Of a DNA stretch of 38,051 nt, positions 7,690 to 16,484 are shown piece after piece. The stretch comes from Chloroflexi bacterium RBG_16_68_14. GTDB lineage: Bacteria > Chloroflexota > Dehalococcoidia > DSTF01 > RBG-16-68-14. The DNA is taken from NCBI GenBank assembly GCA_001796995.1, contig MGOB01000041.1:17588-55638 (forward strand), read 5' to 3'. Every line of letters begins with the position of its first letter. Position 1 is the stretch's first letter. Position numbers and translations under genes: made by a program. Below the pieces are notes generated by a model. That model was not told the DNA's origin and did not search any database. It was given only the letters and a program-made list of their open reading frames with translations.

Positions 7690-8512
7690 GGCTGCCTCCA
7701 GGGCTCCAGCCCAGCAGCAGCTTGGAGACCAGGAGCACGGCGAAGGAGAGCACCACCAGCACCGCTGCCAGCACCAGCGCCGCCGTGGTGTCCTCGGTCA
7801 GGGCGGTGTAGATGGCCAGGGGCATGGTCTGGGTGCGGCCGGGCGTGTTGCCCGCGAACATCAGGGTCGCGCCGAACTCTCCCAGGGCGCGGGCCCAGGC
7901 CATGACCGCGCCCCCGAGGAGGGCGGGCCGGGCCAGCGGGGCCGTCACCCGCAGGAAGGTCTCCAGCCGTGACCGGCCCAGCGTGGCTGACACCCGCTCC
8001 AGCTCCTGGTCGACCGCCTCGAAGCCGGCCTTGGCCGCCTTCACGTAGAACGGCGAGGCGACGAACACCTGGGCCAGTACCACCGCCGCCGTGGTGAAGG
8101 CGACCTGCAACCCTAGCGCGTCCAGCGCGTCTCCCAGGAGCCCCTCCCGTCCGAAAGCCATGAGCAGGGCGATGCCCGCCACCGCCGGCGGCAGCACCAT
8201 AGGCAGGTCTAGCAGGGTATCGATGACGTCGCGGCCCGGGAAGCGGCGCCGGGCCAGCAGCAGGGCCGTTGGCGTGCCGAGGGCCAGGATCACCCCCAGG
8301 CTGATAGCGGTGGTGATGAAGCTGAGGCGCAGCGCCTCGGTGACCACCGGGCGGTTCAGGTAGTCGCGCAGGTCATCCTGGGGCAGCACCCGGACGAAGA
8401 TGGCGACCAGGGGCAGCAGGAGGAAGAGGACCAGGGCCATCGCGGCAATACCGAGCGCCACGGCGTCAGCCGCCGGTCGCCGGATGGGCCCCCGAAGCGT
8501 GAGCGCTGGCAT
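7682..8512 (-). CDS. modB: Molybdate ABC transporter permease
   Basis: 276 aa, multi-pass membrane protein. Contains the EAA-type loop and ALGEFGATLMFAGNTPGRTQTMPLAIY, typical of the ModB/CysTW family. Overlaps modC by 8 nt. Confidence 0.88.
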   Translation of the reverse strand: MPALTLRGPIRRPAADAVALGIAAMALVLFLLLPLVAIFVRVLPQDDLRDYLNRPVVTEALRLSFITTAISLGVILALGTPTALLLARRRFPGRDVIDTLLDLPMVLPPAVAGIALLMAFGREGLLGDALDALGLQVAFTTAAVVLAQVFVASPFYVKAAKAGFEAVDQELERVSATLGRSRLETFLRVTAPLARPALLGGAVMAWARALGEFGATLMFAGNTPGRTQTMPLAIYTALTEDTTAALVLAAVLVVLSFAVLLVSKLLLGWSPGGSRA

Positions 8513-8516
8513 CAGC

Positions 8517-9293
8517 TCATTGTACCCCCAGGAAGCCGTACTTCACGAAGATGCGCTGCCCGCGCTCGGACAGCAGGAAGTCGATGAAGGCGCGGGCGCG
8601 CTCGAGGTTGCCCGTCCCGCTGAGCAGGGCGACGAGGTAGCGGATGTCCGGCTGGTAGGCATCGGGGATAGGGATGACGGTGGCGCCCTCGCGTCGCAGG
8701 CGGGGGGAGTCGGTCTCGTAGACGATGGCGGCGTCCGCCTCCCCCAGCTCCACCTTGCCCGCGACGGCCTCTGCGTTCTCCTCCTGAGACACCACGTTCG
8801 CCTCCACTCGTTGGGCGAAGTCGGCGCCGAAGGTCTCGCTCATCGCCGCCAGCGCCTGGCGCGTGTACGCGCCCAGCGGCACCCCCTGGTCCGCCCAGAC
8901 CAGGCGCAGCCCGGACGCCGCCAGCCCTTCCAAGGTCTGGATGTCCCCCGGGTTCCCTCCCGCCACAGCGACTACCAATCGGTTGCGGGCGAAGACTACC
9001 GGCTCGCCGACGAGGAGCTCCGCGTCCTGGGCGAGCTGCATCTGGCGCTCGTCCGCGGAGACGAAAACGCTCGCCTCCGCTCCCTGCTCAAGCTGGAACC
9101 GGAGGCGCTGAGAGCCGGCGAAGTTGAAGGAGAGGTCGACGTCGGGATGCTTCTCTTCGAAGGCGAGGGCGATCTCCTCCAGCGGCCCGCGGAGGGAGGC
9201 GGCGGCGAAGACGGTGAGGTCGCCGCCGCCGCCCCAGCCCGCCGCGACCGCTGCCAGCAGGACGGCGTTCAGACCGAGGACCGCGAGGCGCAT
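8517..9293 (-). CDS. modA: Molybdate-binding periplasmic/extracytoplasmic protein
   Basis: 258 aa. Signal-like N-terminus MRLAVLGLNAVLLAAVAA, then LTVFAAASLRGPLEEI...FNFAGSQRL...VFVSAD, the ModA fold signature. First gene of the mod operon. Confidence 0.88.
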   Translation of the reverse strand: MRLAVLGLNAVLLAAVAAGWGGGGDLTVFAAASLRGPLEEIALAFEEKHPDVDLSFNFAGSQRLRFQLEQGAEASVFVSADERQMQLAQDAELLVGEPVVFARNRLVVAVAGGNPGDIQTLEGLAASGLRLVWADQGVPLGAYTRQALAAMSETFGADFAQRVEANVVSQEENAEAVAGKVELGEADAAIVYETDSPRLRREGATVIPIPDAYQPDIRYLVALLSGTGNLERARAFIDFLLSERGQRIFVKYGFLGVQ

Positions 9294-9384
9294 CCGCTAA
9301 CCAGCCGGGGAGGCAGGACGGTGGGAACCACAGCCTGTCGGCGATTTGCCTCTGCCCCGCTTCCGGGTCCGGCGCGCTCCTTCC

Positions 9385-10662
9385 CTAGAACACCACGTCC
9401 CCGCGCAGGAGCTGCCGGGCGATGGTGCGGCGCTGGATCTCCGAGGTGCCGTCCGGGATCCGCAGCGTCCGGGCGATGCGGAACCCTTCGTGGAACGGGA
9501 GCTCGTTGGAGAGGCCCATGCCGCCGTGGATCTGGATGGCCCGGTCCAGCACCCGCTCCGCCCCCTCCACGGAATAGGCCTTGGCGATGCTGATCTCCTT
9601 CACCGGCAGGCGGCCCGTCGTCGGGAAGGCATCGACCAGCTCCGCTGTCCTGACCACCGTCTGCTTCGCCGTGAAGATGTCGATGGCGCATTCGGCCAGC
9701 ATGAACTGGATCGCCTGGTGCTCCGACAGCGTCACGCCGAAGGTCTTGCGCTGCTTCGCATACTCCAGGGAGCGGTCGAGCGCCCACTCCGCCATGCCCA
9801 CACAGCCGGCGGCGATGCTGAGCCGCCCCTCGGAGATGCCCAGCATGCCGATCTGGAAGCCCTGGTCCACCTGACCCATGATGCGCTCGTTGGGGACGCG
9901 CACCTCGTCCAGGGAGATGGAGCCGCAGTCGCTGCCCATGTGGCCCATGATGGGGAGCACCTTCTCCGCCTGGTAGCCCGGGGACTGGGCGTCCACCAGG
10001 AAGCAGGTGATGCCGCCCTTGTGCTGGGCGACCAACTCCGGGTCGGTGACGGCGAAGACCGCCGCGTGCTCGGCGTAAGGAGAGTTAGTGATCCACTGCT
10101 TGGTGCCGCTGATCACCCACTCGTCGCCGTCCCGGCGGGCCTTGCACTTGAGTCCCCACGCATCGGAGCCGGCGTCCGGCTCGGTGAGGGCGAAGCAGAT
10201 GGTCTTCTCCCCCGCCAGGAGCGATGGCAGGACCTGCTGCCGGACCGCCTCGCCCGCGCTGAGGAACATGTGGGAAGGGCCGTCCACGAAGCTGGCGATC
10301 AGGGTCATGGTCAGGAAGGCGTTGGACCAGCCGATGAGCAGCCGGCCGGGCCCGTACCGGCGCTCGATGGCCTCCAGGACCAGCACCCCCACACTGGAGG
10401 GAAGGCCCCCGCCGCCGATCTCCTCCGGCGCCAGCATGGCGTAGAAGCCGGCTGCCGCCGACTTGCGCCGGATGTTCCGCCTCGCCTCCGCGATCTCGTC
10501 CACCAGGCGCCCGTCGTCGCGGAAGAGCAGCCGCTCGTCGGCGAGGATCTTCCGGTACTGCTCCTCCAGGGGCAGCACCTCCGACTCCACGAACGAATGG
10601 ATGCCCTCGATGATGCCCTTGGCGAGCGCCTCCGTGTCCTCTCGGGATGTTGCCGTCGTCAT
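9385..10662 (-). CDS. Acyl-CoA dehydrogenase family protein
   Basis: 425 aa. FALTEPDAGSDA, ISGTKQWITN, QRKTFG, and IHGGMGLSNE...IPDGTSEIQRRTIAR at the C-terminus. Confidence 0.9.
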   Translation of the reverse strand: MTTATSREDTEALAKGIIEGIHSFVESEVLPLEEQYRKILADERLLFRDDGRLVDEIAEARRNIRRKSAAAGFYAMLAPEEIGGGGLPSSVGVLVLEAIERRYGPGRLLIGWSNAFLTMTLIASFVDGPSHMFLSAGEAVRQQVLPSLLAGEKTICFALTEPDAGSDAWGLKCKARRDGDEWVISGTKQWITNSPYAEHAAVFAVTDPELVAQHKGGITCFLVDAQSPGYQAEKVLPIMGHMGSDCGSISLDEVRVPNERIMGQVDQGFQIGMLGISEGRLSIAAGCVGMAEWALDRSLEYAKQRKTFGVTLSEHQAIQFMLAECAIDIFTAKQTVVRTAELVDAFPTTGRLPVKEISIAKAYSVEGAERVLDRAIQIHGGMGLSNELPFHEGFRIARTLRIPDGTSEIQRRTIARQLLRGDVVF

Positions 10663-10859
10663 GTCAAACCTCCCGGCCGAGCCCGCTCAGGCAGGCTCTC
10701 CACCGACATTGTACACGGCTTCACAGGCGAAAGAGGAGCCGTTTGGCACAAAGCAGGGGGACATTTGGGCTGTCCTTGTGACGGGGGGCGGTTCGGCGTA
10801 TCCTTTGGGCGGAAGGGCGCCGCCGGGGAGCGCTCCGCCTTCGGTGGGCGGTGGAGCTT

Positions 10860-10873
10860 GGGCCGTTCGGCCC
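10860..10873. promoter_or_regulatory. Perfect palindromic box GGGCCGTTCGGCCC in the divergent acyl-CoA dehydrogenase promoter region
   Basis: Read directly from the sequence, within the 363-bp gap between the divergent starts at 10662 and 11026. Confidence 0.45.
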
Positions 10874-11025
10874 TGGACAAAGAGGCGCCTCGGCACTGGA
10901 GAGCGCCCGTCGCAGGGAAGTAGGCTGCACCCGTTCAGCCTCGGCCCCGCTGGCCGTCGTAGGCGGTCCGGCGGGCAGTTGTTGCGCTGGTATCCGTCGG
11001 GAAACTTACTGGAGGAGGACGTTCG

Positions 11026-12222
11026 ATGGTGGATTTCTCTCTGCCTGAAGAGATCGAGAAGATGCGCGAGATGACGCGGGAGTTCGCCCGGCAGGAGGTG
11101 CGCCCTGCGGGCATCGAGTTGGACCGCATCCCGGAGCCAGAGAAGGCGTACACCAGCGACACCATGCGGCGGGTGCTCTCACGGGCGTACGAGGTCGGCT
11201 TCCACAAGATGAACCTCCCCAAGGAAGTCGGCGGCCTGGGCGCGCCGCCCATGGCCAACATCGTCGTGCAGGAGGAGCTGGCGGTGGGCGATGGCGGCAT
11301 CGCCAGCCACCTCTTGGTGGCGCCCATGATCGCCGGGCGCGCCGCCATGGGCGGCAATATGCACCCGTTCTACAAGGAGTACCTGGACGCCTTCATCAAC
11401 GACACCAAGGGCGAGCACAGCGGCGCCTGGGCCATCACCGAGCCGAACCACGGCTCGGACCTCTTCGAGTTCGGGCAGCCCGAGATCCAGATGGATACCA
11501 GAGCGGTCAAGGACGGGGACGACTACGTGGTCAACGGCCACAAGTCGGCCTTCGTCAGCAACGGCTGGCTGGCGGACGGCTACCTCCTCATGGTGAACGT
11601 GGACCCCAGCCAGGGCATGGAGGGCACGGCCACCTTCGCCATCCCAGGGAACCTCCCGGGCATCACGCGCGGCAAGCCGCTGAACAAGCTGGGTCTGCGC
11701 GCCCTCAACCAGTCGGAGGTCTTCTTCGATGACGTCCGCATCTCTCCGGAGTTCCTGATGCTGCCGCCGGGGCCGGGCTACAAGATGATGCTGGAGCGGA
11801 TGGTGACGAGCGGCAACACGGCGGTGGGGATCATCGCCGTGGGCGTGGCCCGCGCCGCCTACGAGGAGGCGCTGGCCTACGCGAGACAGCGCGTCCAAGG
11901 CGGCAAGGTCATCTTCGAGCATCAAGCCATCAAGCTGAAGCTCTTCAACGCCTACCGCCAGATCGAGGCGGCGCGGGCGCTCCTCTGGAAGTCCGCTTGG
12001 CAGATCAGCATCGGCCAGCCCCACCTGCCCACCGCCATGGCCGCCCGCACCGTGGCCAGCGACATGGCGATGCAGGTCACCGCCGACATGGTGCAGATCT
12101 TCGGCGGCTACGGCATCTCCAAGGAGCACCCGGTGGAGAAGTTCTACCGCGACGCCAAGTTGCTCCAGATCATGGACGGCACCAACGAGCTGGTCTCGCT
12201 CAAGGCGGCGGACTATCTGTAG
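11026..12222 (+). CDS. Acyl-CoA dehydrogenase family protein
   Basis: 398 aa. SD GGAGGAGG lies upstream. Contains AITEPNHGSDL, VNGHKSAFVSNG, ARQRVQGGKVIFEHQAI and IFGGYGISKEHPVEKFYRDAKLLQIMDGTNE. Confidence 0.9.
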   Translation: MVDFSLPEEIEKMREMTREFARQEVRPAGIELDRIPEPEKAYTSDTMRRVLSRAYEVGFHKMNLPKEVGGLGAPPMANIVVQEELAVGDGGIASHLLVAPMIAGRAAMGGNMHPFYKEYLDAFINDTKGEHSGAWAITEPNHGSDLFEFGQPEIQMDTRAVKDGDDYVVNGHKSAFVSNGWLADGYLLMVNVDPSQGMEGTATFAIPGNLPGITRGKPLNKLGLRALNQSEVFFDDVRISPEFLMLPPGPGYKMMLERMVTSGNTAVGIIAVGVARAAYEEALAYARQRVQGGKVIFEHQAIKLKLFNAYRQIEAARALLWKSAWQISIGQPHLPTAMAARTVASDMAMQVTADMVQIFGGYGISKEHPVEKFYRDAKLLQIMDGTNELVSLKAADYL

Positions 12223-12356
12223 AGGATCTCTAAGGGTGGTGGGCGTGGCCCGAGGAACGCCACAGGTTGCCCGCCGGCGCCTCGCTTCGCGTTGGCCTGG
12301 TGGCCGAGATGTGGGCCTCTACCTCGGCCCAGCGTGAGGGCGGCTGAGAAGGTGGG

Positions 12357-13604
12357 ATGACGAGCGCCCTGAGAAGCTATCTCGATACGCAGCGGCAGGA
12401 GATCCTCGGCCGCTGTACCGCCTGCGGCGACTGCTTCCAGGTCTGCCCTATCGTCTCTCTCACGCCCCTGAAGGGCGCCTCGCCCGAGGGGGTGGTGACG
12501 GGCGTGCTGGAGGCGCTGCGGGGCAAGCCCGCGCCCGGTGAGGCTGTCGCATGGGCCGAGGCCTGCACCCGCTGCGGCCTCTGCATCGAGCGCTGTCCGG
12601 AGGGGGTGAACCCGCGCAAGATGCTGGCCCTCACCGAGGGCCTGGTCCATGAGGCCGCGGGCGCGCAGGCGGGCAGCCGGTTCTTCCGCCTCATGTCGCG
12701 GAACATCCGGCTCCTGAGCGGGCTCCAGCTCAGCCACCAGAACCTCGCCGGCATCCAGGGTCCGCCCCAGGACCAGGCGGACGTGGTCTTCTACGTCGGC
12801 TGCAACCTCCTCTCCACGCCCCACATCATCCTCAACGTGATGGAGTTGCTCAGCGCCCTCGGGGTCGATTACCGGGTCGCCGGCGGGACCGGCTACTGCT
12901 GTGGCGTGATCCACTTCGTCGGCGGGGAGCTGGAGGCCACGGGAAAGGTCACGGGCCACCTATTCTCCAAGCTGGCCGCCTTCCGGCCCCGGACCGTCCT
13001 CACCTGGTGCCCCACCTGCGAGATGTTCCTGGGCGAGACCATGGCCGGATTGGGGCAGCACGAGTTCGAGCTCCAGCACGTCACCGATTTCCTGGTGGCC
13101 CACCTGGATGTCCTGAAGGAGCGAATGTCGAAACCCATACCCCGGCGCGTCGCCGTCCACGGCCACGGCGGCCTGCCCCACATCAGCGACAACGTGCGGC
13201 GGCTCCTCGGCGCCATCCCCGAGCTCGATCTGGTCGAGCTCCACGACGGCGGTGAGCTGGGGTATAGCTGCAACGTGGGCGGCCTGCTGCGGGTGCCCAG
13301 CCTTCAGGCGGAGGTGCAGGCCGCGGTCTGGCAGCAGGCCCGGGCCATCGGCGCCGACGAGCTGGTGGACCTCTACCACGGCTGCCACCGCCTCCTCTGG
13401 GACGAGGGGGGCCTGCGGGTCCGAAACTTCACCGACCTCCTGGTGGAGGCGATGGGCCTGCCCTCCCACGAGGACCGGTTCCAGCGCTACCGGGGGATGC
13501 CCGGCCCCCAGCAGGTGCTGGAGGCGGCCCGAGACCTGATGCGAGAGAACGCCATCGACCCGGCCCAGGTGGAGCGAGTGCTCCCGGCGCTGTTCCAGCG
13601 GTAG
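12357..13604 (+). CDS. HdrD/GlcF-like (Fe-S)-binding oxidoreductase: two 4Fe-4S ferredoxin motifs plus Cys-rich CCG domains
   Basis: 415 aa. CTACGDCFQVCP and CTRCGLCIERCP ferredoxin motifs. Followed by VFYVGC...GYCCG...WCPTCE and a second Cys-containing half (YSCN...YHGCH). Confidence 0.8.
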   Translation: MTSALRSYLDTQRQEILGRCTACGDCFQVCPIVSLTPLKGASPEGVVTGVLEALRGKPAPGEAVAWAEACTRCGLCIERCPEGVNPRKMLALTEGLVHEAAGAQAGSRFFRLMSRNIRLLSGLQLSHQNLAGIQGPPQDQADVVFYVGCNLLSTPHIILNVMELLSALGVDYRVAGGTGYCCGVIHFVGGELEATGKVTGHLFSKLAAFRPRTVLTWCPTCEMFLGETMAGLGQHEFELQHVTDFLVAHLDVLKERMSKPIPRRVAVHGHGGLPHISDNVRRLLGAIPELDLVELHDGGELGYSCNVGGLLRVPSLQAEVQAAVWQQARAIGADELVDLYHGCHRLLWDEGGLRVRNFTDLLVEAMGLPSHEDRFQRYRGMPGPQQVLEAARDLMRENAIDPAQVERVLPALFQR

Positions 13605-13696
13605 GAGGGCTCCCATGCCGCTAGCAGCTAGTGCCTATGCAACTTAATCCTCACCTACGCTGATGGCGAGCTGCCGGGCGGCTGTCTGAAGCTGTT

Positions 13697-13752
13697 CCCT
13701 CACCCCCGGCCCCTCTCCCTCGTCAACGAGGGAGAGGGGCCGGGGGTGAGGG
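13697..13752. repeat. 56-nt perfect palindrome (26-bp stem, 4-nt loop) between convergent genes; bidirectional terminator and/or REP-like element
   Basis: CCCTCACCCCCGGCCCCTCTCCCTCG-TCAA-CGAGGGAGAGGGGCCGGGGGTGAGGG. I verified the arms base by base as exact reverse complements. Confidence 0.85.
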
Positions 13753-13801
13753 AGTGTCAATACCGCAGCATACTCAGCGCGGAAAAAAAGTTGGAGGGGC
13801 A

Positions 13802-14665
13802 TTAGCTCTCCTCGCCCGCAGCCTCCTGCTGCACCAGATGGGCGCGGCCGTCCTCTTCCTCCACCGTGATCCAGCGGCCCCGGATGGTGCGGCCGCTGGG
13901 GTCCACCTCGGCGCGCAGGGCGGCTAGCTCCTCCTCGGAGGGGAGGTCGAAGGTCTCTACCGATGGCGCCATGAGCGGCTTAAACTCCATCTGAGCCAGC
14001 ACGTCGTCGACGGTGGCCCAGGGGGCGACGGCAAGCAGGCGCATGCGGCGGCTCTCCTCGTCGAAGTCAAAGACGGCCATCTCCGTCACCACCCGCCAGG
14101 GGCCCGTGTCGGCTGGCAGGCCCGCTCGCTGGCGAGCATCGGGGCTGCCGTCCAGGAAGCCGGGCGAGGACATGAAGTCCAGCTTGTTGACGAACTTGCG
14201 CCCCTGCTGGCGGGTCATCAGGATGGTGCGCCAGCAGAGGGAGGCGATCTCGTTGGCGCCGCCCGGCCCGCCAAAGCGGCGCGCCGGCCGCTCGTACGCT
14301 GCCCCGACGAAGGTGGAGTTGAAGTTGCCGTACTGGTCCACCTGGACGGCGGCCAGCACGCCGTAGTCGATGTAGCCCAGCCCGGCGTGGAAGTCCACCG
14401 TGTTCATGTCGGTCCAGGCGACGGCCCGGTAGCCGGCGGCGCTGGACGCGATGAGGAAGGCCGGCGCCGGCATCTGGACGGCCGGCGCGATGGTGCCGTC
14501 CTCGACGACATAGGTGAGGTTAGGCGTGCGCAGGCGCTTCGACAGAAGCACGGCGATGAGGGGCGGCCCGCCGATGGCGACGAAGTACAGCCTCTCCTCC
14601 TCCATCATCCGGGCGGTGGTGCAGATGATCTGCTCCATGTCCGTGAAGGTGCGTGTCGTGCTCAT
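13802..14665 (-). CDS. CoA-transferase subunit B (glutaconate/3-oxoacid CoA-transferase family)
   Basis: The track ORF (13802..15259) has an Arg/Pro/Gly-rich N-terminal extension, unlikely to be real, that overlaps the subunit A gene. I place the start at MSTTRTFTDMEQIICTTARMMEEERLYFVAIGGPP, an ATG at 14665 that overlaps the subunit A stop as ATGA. Confidence 0.85.
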   Translation of the reverse strand: MSTTRTFTDMEQIICTTARMMEEERLYFVAIGGPPLIAVLLSKRLRTPNLTYVVEDGTIAPAVQMPAPAFLIASSAAGYRAVAWTDMNTVDFHAGLGYIDYGVLAAVQVDQYGNFNSTFVGAAYERPARRFGGPGGANEIASLCWRTILMTRQQGRKFVNKLDFMSSPGFLDGSPDARQRAGLPADTGPWRVVTEMAVFDFDEESRRMRLLAVAPWATVDDVLAQMEFKPLMAPSVETFDLPSEEELAALRAEVDPSGRTIRGRWITVEEEDGRAHLVQQEAAGEES

Positions 14666-15633
14666 TCGTAGTAGCCCTCCCGGATCGTCTCCTCGGCGCG
14701 GAGGCGCTCCATCTTCTCCTGGCCGACGCGCTGTTCCAGCATCTCCTCGTGGGAGGAGACGCTGAACGCCCACTTGTCCAGATATTCGGCCATCTTGCCC
14801 TGGACCTGGGCCGCCCCGAACTCCATTAGGTGCTCCACGTCGGCCCGGTAGAGGCCGGGCACGGAGCCGGGGTAGCCACCGAAGGGAGCGTGGACGACGG
14901 CATCGACCATGTAGTAGGGGACCCGGGTCTGCTGGGGGTGGCGGCGGATCTCCTCGTTGGGGATGATCTCCTCGGTGGAGAGGACCACCTTCCGGGAGGC
15001 CATGGCCGTCTCCACCGGGGCGACGCCGGCGCCGAAGATGCGGGCGTTGCCGAACTCGTCGCACTGGTTGACGTGGATGAGGGCCACGTCCGGGTTGAGG
15101 GCGGGTACCAGGCAGACGGCCTGGCCGGTGTAGGGGTCCTCGATGAGCTTGGTGCCGGAGGTGCGGAAGACGTCGGTGCCGCCCAGGTAGCGCAGGGGCA
15201 GGAAGGGGACGCCCAGGGCGCCCGCCAACTGGCGGTAAGCCAGCGCGCCGTTGCTCCACTCGAAGAGCTGGACGCGGCCCTCCGCCATCGCTTCGTGGAT
15301 CACCCGGCCCACCTCCATCCAGCCTACGTCGATGCGGCTCACGCAGCCCGCGGCCACCAAAAGGGTGGCGTCGTGGGCGGTGAACTTGGCGGCGATCCAG
15401 AGGTCGCGCTTGCGCTGGCGGATGAGCTCGCGCATGAGGGAGGCGGGCCCGCGGTTCCAGATGTTGCAGTCGTAGCTCAGGTAATCGCCGTCCTGGACGA
15501 AGCGCTCGATGGCCTCGTGCTCGGACATCACTTTGGAGACGAGCCGCCGCTCCTTGTGGTCGCGGACGTGGCGGCGGAAGCCGTCGGGGTCGGGTGGCTT
15601 GAAGACGCCGGTGCCGGCGGCCAGGACGCTCAT
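14662..15633 (-). CDS. CoA-transferase subunit A (glutaconate CoA-transferase-like)
   Basis: 323 aa. KVMSEHEAIERFVQDGDYLSYD..., IHVNQCDEFGNARIFG. 4-nt overlaps with both neighbouring genes. Confidence 0.85.
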   Translation of the reverse strand: MSVLAAGTGVFKPPDPDGFRRHVRDHKERRLVSKVMSEHEAIERFVQDGDYLSYDCNIWNRGPASLMRELIRQRKRDLWIAAKFTAHDATLLVAAGCVSRIDVGWMEVGRVIHEAMAEGRVQLFEWSNGALAYRQLAGALGVPFLPLRYLGGTDVFRTSGTKLIEDPYTGQAVCLVPALNPDVALIHVNQCDEFGNARIFGAGVAPVETAMASRKVVLSTEEIIPNEEIRRHPQQTRVPYYMVDAVVHAPFGGYPGSVPGLYRADVEHLMEFGAAQVQGKMAEYLDKWAFSVSSHEEMLEQRVGQEKMERLRAEETIREGYYE

Positions 15634-16457
15634 CCTTCGCCCTCCCTAGGTGCCAGTCCGGGGATGGCCAGTTGCCATTCCAGGTTGAGGGCGTGGCTCA
15701 GGTACTTCAGCTCGGCGTCGCGCCAAGGCAGCGGGGCCGGCTCCTGGAGCATCCCTTCCTGCTTCATCTCCTCCACTACCTGCGAGTCCTCCTCGAAGGG
15801 CTTCCCGTGCTGCATCTCAAAGAAGATCTCCTCGAAGGGGTGCTTGCTGGTCTGACCGCCCGCCTCCCACGATTCGGCCGGGTAGCCGACGGACATGAGG
15901 CAGACGGGGATGGCCGTCTCCGGCAGGTTGAGAAGCTTGCCGATCTGCTCCAGGCGGGGGCTGCTCATCAGGCAGGTGCCCAGCCCCTCGTCCCAGGCCA
16001 CGAAGGTCGCCTGGGCCACCGCCTGCCCAACGTCCATGAAGGCGAGGGGTGCCACCGCCATCTGCTCCCAGGCGGCACCGAAGGCGGGCCGCAGGTTCCG
16101 CTCAATGATCGCTTTGGTCGCCTCCACGTCCTCGCCGATGCGCCGCTGCTCCGCCAGGTTCTTCAGGTCATCGATCCATTTGTTGACCTCGTAGGACATC
16201 TTGTCGTGGTACCAGAGGATGAAGCAGGGGGCGGTCTGCATCTGCTGGTAGCCCAGGGGCGGAGTGATCGCCTTGATCAGCTCCGGGGAGGCCTGGTCCT
16301 TCCAGATGACGATGGCGCGCGCCACGGTGACGTTGCCCACGCAGGAGGCGAGCCGCGCCGCCTGCAACATCTTCTGCACCTTCCACCGCTCCACCGGCCG
16401 GAAGGGCAGATAGTAGCGGATGCTGCGTCGATTGCCGATGACCCGCTTGACTTCCAT
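15630..16457 (-). CDS. Nitroreductase-family flavoprotein
   Basis: 275 aa. N-terminal RRSIRYYLPFRPVERWKVQKMLQAARLASCVGNV is the nitroreductase-fold signature. C-terminal extension of ~70 aa. Confidence 0.75.
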   Translation of the reverse strand: MEVKRVIGNRRSIRYYLPFRPVERWKVQKMLQAARLASCVGNVTVARAIVIWKDQASPELIKAITPPLGYQQMQTAPCFILWYHDKMSYEVNKWIDDLKNLAEQRRIGEDVEATKAIIERNLRPAFGAAWEQMAVAPLAFMDVGQAVAQATFVAWDEGLGTCLMSSPRLEQIGKLLNLPETAIPVCLMSVGYPAESWEAGGQTSKHPFEEIFFEMQHGKPFEEDSQVVEEMKQEGMLQEPAPLPWRDAELKYLSHALNLEWQLAIPGLAPREGEG

Positions 16458-16484
16458 TCAGTGACCTCTCCTTTTGCTCCTCAA

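Noticed and set aside
9294-9384. A molybdenum-cofactor riboswitch upstream of modA.
   Set aside because: Only about 90 nt are available before the neighbouring gene, which is shorter than the motif as I recall it. I could not recognise its conserved elements by eye. A covariance-model scan is needed.
13802-15259. N-terminally extended versions of real genes in the ORF track: 13802..15259, 17787..19610, 20076..21746, 26213..27406, 28462..29178, 31815..33125, 35685..37622.
   Set aside because: The extensions overlap upstream genes or promoter DNA and are low in complexity. Each gene has an internal start with a good SD and/or an ATGA-type coupling, after which the recognisable domain begins. 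I used those internal starts.
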